Below are positions 54,601 to 63,600 of a DNA stretch of 64,000 nt, piece by piece. A model generated the notes under the pieces. That model ran no database searches. It saw only the letters and a list, made by a program, of their open reading frames with translations, and was not told the origin of the DNA. The stretch covers positions 7,006,001-7,070,000 of the forward strand of contig OZ004610.1 in the NCBI GenBank assembly GCA_963924565.1, given 5' to 3'. The DNA comes from Ascidiella aspersa (taxonomy: Eukaryota). The number at the start of each line of letters is the position of its first letter. The first letter of the stretch is position 1. A program made the position numbers and the translations under genes.

Positions 54601-57600
54601 CTGGAAAAAGGCTGCGCGTTGTTTATCACTTTTGTTTTGTTTGCAGAGGTTTTCTTGAGATTTTTGTGTTTTTCAAACAGCACCTTAGGTAATATTCGAA
54701 TCGGTTATGAATGCGCAAAGATATATTTCAATCATAAAATCGACAGCTGTCAGTTACGAATCAGTTATAAATAGGCGAAGCAACATAAGTTGAGAAATTG
54801 AAATATCTGTATTTTCACTATCACGATGAGCTACAATCTTAATGCGCTTATCTATATTATAAAAAGTTTTATTTCAAGTATAATATGAGATATATTTATT
54901 GTTAATGTAACGCAGGGGTATATGGGAAAAGCTGTTTTTAAAAAACATCGAGTATTAAGTATAAAGTTCAATACGTACAGAGTTAACGTATCTTGTAATT
55001 CCCTGTTGAAGTAATGCGGCAAGTTTGTACTTTTAAGTCCAAATGGCATTTGTACGAATTTGTCCACAAAACCTGATCGGCATATTTTTCGGTTACTGTT
55101 TATTTGCAATGCCAAAAACGTGAATTCGCTTTATCTTCAAAATAAATCGTTTTCAGCACGTTACGACACTTCCTAATGTTGTTGTTTAGGTTGCCTTTTT
55201 GGAAAAAATAGCGCTGTTTAATTAGCGAATCGTATCTGTTAGTAATCGAAACATGAAAATGATGAGTAATGCATTAGTTCGGAAAGTGGCGGAAAATGAA
55301 CATAAAAAGTCATAACCATTCACTAGTTTAACCATTTTACATTATATAGTAAGTTCACAAATCAATGCCAATGGTCACCAATTAAAGATAATAATTAAAC
55401 CTGGTGCTGGCGGATATGTGGAATGCAAGTTCATCTATGCCTTGAATAGCTAAATTGTTTATCAGCGAGACAGGCAAAATAGGTATGTTACTTGATATAT
55501 CAGAAAAATGAATAAGCGGCCTTTTTTAGTTAATAAACATTTTGATTCTGATTCTCTTCTCGTCGTGGACTATTATTATTAATGTTAGAAAACAAAACAC
55601 TGTATTAAAGAGTAAAATCGTGTAATTCACACCAGAGCGATCTTGAACGCAATCAATCAAAATAAAATCAAGTGGCCCAGACTTTTTGAAACTCAGAAAA
55701 AAACACTGGCCACACGCTTTGACACTTTATACACGCCAGTCCCCTAATTTCGATGTGTTTTACCGACTTGTCAACTATATAATTAACTGTAATGGCTTGC
55801 GTAATGTTTGGCTGGTTTCGGATTTTGTGTGTTCGCCAAACCTCAGGAAAAATAAGCACCCTTAGTCAAGGGTGCACATCAAAAATAGATAAAATTTCCG
55901 GAGCTCTACGAACATTCCCGTTATGCTAAATCTCAGTTTTACACCACAAGATGAAATTTTAGATCATATTTAGCATGAAGGAAGTATCTTGTTTGGCGTT
56001 TTGAGTGTTCCACTTTACGAATATACGTCTGTAAAACTAAACGAGCGTGTAACCATAACTCATGCCTTGTTTTTAATGTTAAGGCTCTGACACTTTGCGA
56101 AGTTCTCGCTCATAGTTAAGTGCCACTCGAAGAGATGAAACACTCGCAAATCAACTTCAGCCTTAAAGGAAACTCAATCAGACGATATTAATCATAAAGT
56201 CAAAGGTATCTGAACTCAAAAGCAACCCGATATACACTCACATTTACGTCGCAATAATTTCCATGTATTTTTTTTTGTTTTAGAAAACATTTCACATAAC
56301 GACACCGAATTATCGATTCGATAAAGTCATGATTTATTCAAAAACGTGTGAGGAGAAATCCTATGGAGATTGATGAAGGCTTTTTCATTTCAGTTGCCGT
56401 CATAAATTACTGACGCGTACATAAAATGCAATAATTTTGTTTAATGTTTTGCAACTCCAGTTGTGTTTCGTGTTTTTCAATTTTAAAATCCTTATTGCGA
56501 AATTTATACCAGTTTTGAAGAAGATTGGTCCAAATGCTCGTAGAGAAAGAACCCTGTTCCATAGACAATACACATAAAATGTTTTTAAATGAATGGTAAC
56601 ATACCATGCCGGTCTGAAAATACTGCCCCATAAAACCAGTTACGCAATACAAAATACAGTAGTAGCTGGAAATTTGTCCGTCCCAACAGCCAGCAAAAGG
56701 TGGTAAACGCTATAGGGGCATCGTGGCGTGATAACCGATCGGCGGGTCACGGTCCTTCACGTTCAATTGGCCCCGGAGCTGTGACAGGGTCGAATAGTTG
56801 GTATCGTGGGGAATTCATCGCCGCCGAAATATTACGATCCGGAACGCGCAACGTTTTTTCGTCGGTTTGAGCGTCTGCTTTCTAGGGCAGGTGATTATTT
56901 ACACACAAGGCCCACGAAATAGGAAATACTGAAGAGTAATAATACCGAAAGGGTATGAATTTAAGGGTATTATTGGCATACTATATTAAACGACGTAGGT
57001 GCAACAATGATAAAATCGCCTTATTATGAGTGTAGTTATGTAAAAATCCCTGAATATTTCTGAAGTATTATATTAATACCACTGAATGAAAATTATAAGT
57101 ATTATTTAGACTCAAAGGAGATACAATTTGCAAGGGTGATCAAGTAGGGTTGGCCATATGTTTTGTTGTAGTTATATCATGCCAAAAATGTCGTACTAAT
57201 ATACGTTCCATTTTCAGACCACCCACTTGTAACGTTACAAGTCTTAAAATGCGACCATCAGATGCAGTTATCAAGCAATTCATTTGTTTAAAGTAAACTT
57301 TTCGAAGAAATATCGGACAGTTTAAGTTTTCGCATTCTCACTACTATTTCTTTGTAAAACAAAGAATCGGAGTCGGCCTGATTCTATTCGTAAAACCCTA
57401 AGCGCGGGAATATTTTGCCGTCGACTGTTTAATGCGAACGATTGATCGCCGAAAACTAGCTGAATAACAAAAGCACATCGATACTTCGCTTCAAAGACAA
57501 GTCGCAACGCAGCGCCGTAAATTACCAGGAAAGAATTCTCATACACAGTCAGATCCGTCTTCCTATTTCTGTCAACGCGAGGCCGTACGGGTCTGCTACG

Positions 57601-60600
57601 GGCGACCTCAGCATTTCAGCGATGAAAACAAAACAGCGGGCGCTACAGAACAAGCGAATCTCGGCCGAACCGCCAGAAAGTTGTCAGAAATCGTGATAAA
57701 CGATGACGGTCCTTCGTGGAATTGCGTTTACGTGAATGCAGCGGGATTGGTTTGAATCTGCGATTCTTAAACTGGGGGTAATTACGTCACAAGGTGCTGA
57801 TTTGACAATTTATTGGTTTCGGTGGAAACGTGTTTTGCTTGCGGCGAACTTTTGAGAAAAGTGTTTGTACTTAATAAAAAAGAACTGCTTTGTCAACGTT
57901 TATAGTACACGGCAAAGTGATTAGAGATGTTCGATACTTGACATTTTGACTTTGATAACGATACCGATACTAGAGATAGTCCGATATATCGGTTTGCCGA
58001 TAATATCGGCCGATATTTGGCTTCTACCGATATATCGGTATCGGTAAATGTAGGCCGATACTTTTGTCGATATTTTAGTACCAAAAAATGATATCGTTTT
58101 TCCTGTACAACAAACAACTTATCAATATTTTTATTAAAAAAATTTGGTTTTAGCATCAGGTCAAGTTAATATGCAAAATAATAGTTTAATAATTAATAAA
58201 GGTTTATAAACTAAAACATTATTAGGATTTTTTTTTGATAATTGAAGTTTTGAACATTTCTGAGGTATATAAAAAAAATCGGTATCGGTATGGGTTGAAA
58301 AATGTAAAAAATCGGGTATCAGTATCGGTCCAAAAAAATAGATATCGGTCGACCTCTAACCGATACCGAAGCCTGCTATTTGTGACAAAACTTATAGCGC
58401 TCCTTTCAGATATCAAATGACGCCATGACAGTTCCAAACCAAACATAATAGAATTAATTTAAACGTTCAAGGGACAAATTTTTCTTTAGCGTTAAGAAGT
58501 TGAGTTACGTCCAGCTGTTAAGCTACTAATATTATTTGACGTTTCTTATCCTCTCTTATTTCAATGTTTGCAAGATACTAAAAAATAAATCGAATCTTGG
58601 GTACACTATGCACGGATCTGTAATGTAGTTTGATAATAAATTGCAAAGATAAAAAGGTCGAGTAGATCGTATCGAAACTACTTAATCAAGATGATGTCAA
58701 TCTACTCGACCTTTTTTGGCTTTGCAATTTATTATCAAGCTAAATTGAATCTTGATAGAGCAAATGAGGACAACGATGCCTGCTACCGTCAGCAAAGCCA
58801 ATTATATCGACCATTACGCCATTACTTCGAAAATGGCTCGTGACGGTGGTTTCGGCTTGAATAGAAATGCCGGCAAAAAGTCCATTAGCTGTTACTTTGA
58901 AACGCCTTGCTTCGATAACAAAACAAAAACAGCAACGGTCGCAAGTTGCAGGACCGACTTTCGTTTCCTTTATCAAGTGCGCGTGTCAAGATAATTGCCA
59001 GCCACCGTAAACAAACGTATTCACAGAGCAAATTTCCTCTGTCTGTTTTGCAAACTCAATGGTGCCATCCTAAATAGGCATACAGTGCTTACTGTGAACG
59101 TTAGCGCGCGCAAAAATAGACATGACAAAAAAGCATAATGTGAAAAACGTTGTTCCTCACAATGCCTTTTTCTTCTTCGTGCCAAAAAAGTCCCAAAAGT
59201 GGAAATAAACCCTCAAACATAACTTAAAACGTAACTAACTTAAGTTACTTGTGCAAGCTTTTGGTGTAAATCCACACTTTCTTGCCAACTTTTGCAACAA
59301 TGTTTTTCAAACACACCGTCTAGAAATGTTAACATACTGCCAAACCGCTTATTATCTAGTTTTGTGTGGGAACACCACAATTAGGGGCCTGGGGGGTCGC
59401 GTAGGTTTTCGAAAACTGAAAAGGGGGTCGCGACAGCAAAAAGGTTGTGTGAACCTTTGATGGAAAAAATTAACAGGCTTCCGCAGGAACGTTCTTCTTT
59501 AGTTGCCCTTTGCACAATAACTTTAACGTTTTCAAACTTTTTCTTTTTAGAAAAAACAAATGAGGTAAAGTTGACGATCGTGGTAAAGCTAATTAATTTT
59601 AGCGAGAAATCAACTGACAGAGAAAAAGTATTGGAAGTTTATTAAAACAAGAAAACACGGCATTCAAAATTAAATTGTCCGCGTTAATAGTCAAGCATTT
59701 CGATTAAAACTATAGACAGTTGCGTGCCAGTCCGGGTGACACCAAAACTTAAAGTCAAAAAGTTTTCGGTGAATAATTAAGATAGGCTACACTAAAAAAA
59801 AAACAGGCCGCTAAAATGCTTCGGCAGTTTTTAATTAAACTTTTCGACTGCCGGCACTTTAACAGGGGCAGAATTACCCTCGAGCCACTTTTATCCGGAG
59901 CAAATCCCGACGGCAAAACGCGCTTACACATAACGTACAGGGGCAAGTTCCTTTTGGCGAAAGAACGCATGTTTACAGTCTCGCCGTCAAGTGGTGTAAT
60001 GACCCTTGAAGCTGGCAAGGCCTCAGACCAAAGTCAAGCGATTTACGTTCGCTTCGATAGAGCGAGCAATGCGGGCAAATTGCGCACTTGGTTTTCGGTG
60101 AACCGCGACGGAAGTCGAAGTTTTGGCCCACACGGAAGTTCGGGCAAAGGCATCAAACGGATCGGCAAACGGCTCTTGGCCATTTTCGGTGCATCTGGGA
60201 GATGGTATAAGACTTGGGATTCTTCGTCCAAACCAATTTTCTTGTATTTTTCCACGTTTATTTTGGCGAGGCAAAAACTAAACGTATATATTAGAACGAG
60301 GTTTTGGCGACCCAATTCTTTTCACTAAACTTCTTTAAGCAAACAAAACATAAGATATTGGCATAAATTAGTTTAAATTTAATTAATACAAGTTATTCTG
60401 CACTTCTATCAAGCATTTGAGAAATCTTGCCCAGAATAAACCTCATTTAATCTAACCAGAAGGTAAACTTCTGCAATCGTCGACTCAACCAAATAAGGGC
60501 CAACCCTGTTTTGGCGCGACCCGTAGGTTGAGAAACACAGGACTATGAAAATGCGGGGTGTATTTTTTTAAGCAACAAAACAACCTTCAACATCAAAGTG

Positions 60601-63600
60601 TAGACAATACGCGAAACCAGTGTACCAAACTGCATTTCACAGTAACATGGTCGATTAAGAAAGCAAAAAAAATTATCCTCAAGACAACATCGATTTTCAA
60701 TAAACGCTACAGAACAAACATAATCACAAGAAAAGCTGTTTTAAACGACATTAGGCCTTGCAACAAATATTTATGAATTCCAAGCAATTAATATTACAGA
60801 AAACATGGCTAAATCAGCATGTCTGAATACCCTGAATGAAAATATGAACCTGTAGAAGGTATCCTGCAATTTTTAAATCAAGATAATGTACTACATCCAA
60901 CATAACAAATTGGAAGTTAAAAATGCCAAGTAGTCCACATAGCACGTATGGTAAACTAAACTATTGTTTTCAACTCACAAAAAATACAATTTTCAAGCTA
61001 CAACCTGCTCCCGTCTTACGACTAACCACTGTCCTGTCAAACACTGTTTAATAATCTAAACCATGAACTGCAACACAACAAACAAACATGCAACTCACCT
61101 CTGCCAAGAAGCGCAGGTCGGTCCTCACTTTGCTGATGTTGGTCAAAAAGAGCTGCAAAAATACAAGTTGAATAACTTAACACGACAAGAAAAACAAAAA
61201 TACATATGGAAAATTTAGCAATATATATGCCTCACAGTCTTGTGCCGAAACGCAATTTCACACTTGTGATCAAAGGCGTCAAGTTGCTATATAGTTCGTT
61301 TTGGTATAAAAATGCACGAATGTAGGCAAAAATATACTGGGTCACCTACAATTAATAAGAAAATAAATTTTAATTTTTTGTTGTTGTTCTTAATAACTTA
61401 ACAAGTGATTTAAAAAAATTGTGATTAAAAATTATAACTTGTTAAGTTATAATGTAACAAGCGATTGCAAGTTTGCGTAAACTTTTTTTGGTACTTTGGC
61501 GACAGCTAGCGGAGCGCAATGCGTACGGGAAAATAAGTATTAATCGTTGGCACAAAATGGGCGGCAGGCCACGAACAAGAACTTACTTTCAGCCAGTTGA
61601 GGACCCACAAAAAGGCGCAGCGGCTGAACAAGTAAAACAAATAATATTCCTAATGCTAGCCTCATTCGAAACCTGTATAACTTCACCACTAAGAGCGGTT
61701 CTGGTAGGAAGGAATTGACGACAAATTGTATAGAAGTAAATTACAATAAAATTAATTGTATGTTTGAACAGGTAAAAGCTTTAATTTGCTGGAAGAAAAT
61801 AGAAATAGCACTTAATCAAAAGTGCACAGCCCACGGGTTAAGGAGCGCTAATCTAGATACGTTTGTTTGCTTTATTTAGCCATTTCGTCTACTGATTGAA
61901 TATTACTATCGATTGAATAGGTAATAACGACAATAACGAGACGAAAACAGCATGGACCACATAAGCTAAACAAGATTAATTTGAATTAAAATAGACTGAT
62001 GATGCCGGATTGGAAATAATATATTTCTCTATTGATGACTAGAACTTAAAAATGACTGATTTTGACTCAGACAAGAAAGTCTAAAGTATATTGCTACAAT
62101 TTGAAGTCATTGTTGTCATTTACGTTAAAGGGCGAGGAGATGTCTTTATATTTTACATAATCAGTTTGCAATTAAAGAACATTTTCAGATATGTCTTAAT
62201 TTCAGTAACACTAGGAAAACTAATACGCTTTAAATCAGCTCTAAGTTTAAAATGACATTCTTTAGCAGCACCCAGCGGACGGGCGATGCTGCTAATCACG
62301 TCCGCACGGTGGCAAAATAACACACAGACGACCAACCGATTTGTCTTCGATCCTGGAGAGGCAGACGCGCTTGAAGGCCTGAAAGAGTTGGGGCGTAAAG
62401 TCCTGGTAGCGTTTGTGCATCAGAGAGCACATGTGGATGGCGCACGATACGTCGCTCATCTTCAGCTTAGCGTCAATCAGAGTGGACACCTGCAGGACGA
62501 AAAATAAGAAGAAATTTCAAAATAGGAATCGATCTACGAAACTGCGTTTACGCATTTGTTCTATCGAACATTTCCGCCGATTACAGCATTATTATACTTT
62601 TATGAAGCATTGACGGGCTGGTAATAAGTTACAATACCTAACTATCTAATTAATGCTCTAACCCAGGGGTGGCCAACCTTTTCCTATAGTCGCGGGCCAA
62701 AACCAACCTCAGAAACGTCTCTGCGGCCGGAATAATTTTAAACTGACAATTAAACATTTAAAAATCAATGAGTTTCAATGAGTCGTACAAGTTCATGACG
62801 AGATGGTAATTTTCTAACCTGAAATCAGGGATGTGGAGTCGGTTAAAAATAACCCAAGTCGAACTCTGACAAATAAATTAACTTGAGTCAGCGTCCGGCC
62901 AAATGTGCAATGAGTCCCAAAGTCCGGGTCCTACACTACAGCCGTATTTCACCCGTTTACTGAACAAAATTATGGTGGATATTCAGCAATTTACTCACAA
63001 GGGTGTCATATAATTCATCCACCCATGACAAGTAAAATGTTCTACCATACCATGCTATCCAAAATTACAAGTTGCGGCCTTATCAGTAAATTGATACTGT
63101 GCATGCTCGGGGGTAGTCTTACTCAAGTCCGGAGTCAGACTCTAGCAAAACAAACCAAACTCTATTGAGTCCCGAGTTTGACTGCGCCTTAGATTAAAAC
63201 AATATTAGAAAATTATAAAATAAATGAAAACTTACAACTTCTTGGATGTATCTTGTCAAATTGAGAGACTGAAATTCGTTTGACAGTGCAGTGCGTTGTT
63301 GCTCTGTTAACTTGCCCTAAAGAAAAATCATTATATGCTTGATTATTGTCTTTACGGCAGCTTTTACAAATTACATCTATTTTGTAATTTACTTGAAAAT
63401 CATAACCAAATGGCCTTGCTTATATTCACAGAAAATTATTTACTGAGACCTTATGCAGGAAATACACAATAAGATCTACAAAGAGGGAAGTTTATAGCAA
63501 AGAATCTACATTAACATAGTATTAACACCATTAAAATAAGAACGCCAAATACGCAATAATAACCACAACAGAATAAGATATAAAATTGTCAACCGTTCGG

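Noticed and set aside
54160-54774. Poly-Leu, poly-Ser and poly-Cys ORFs resembling signal or TM peptides
   Set aside because: Antisense of AAC-rich codons and a short (GCT)n tract in the 3' UTR.
59816-60328. Longest listed ORF (170 aa) and overlapping reverse ORFs
   Set aside because: No recognisable domain, no coding-like codon bias, no splice context; intronic chance ORF.
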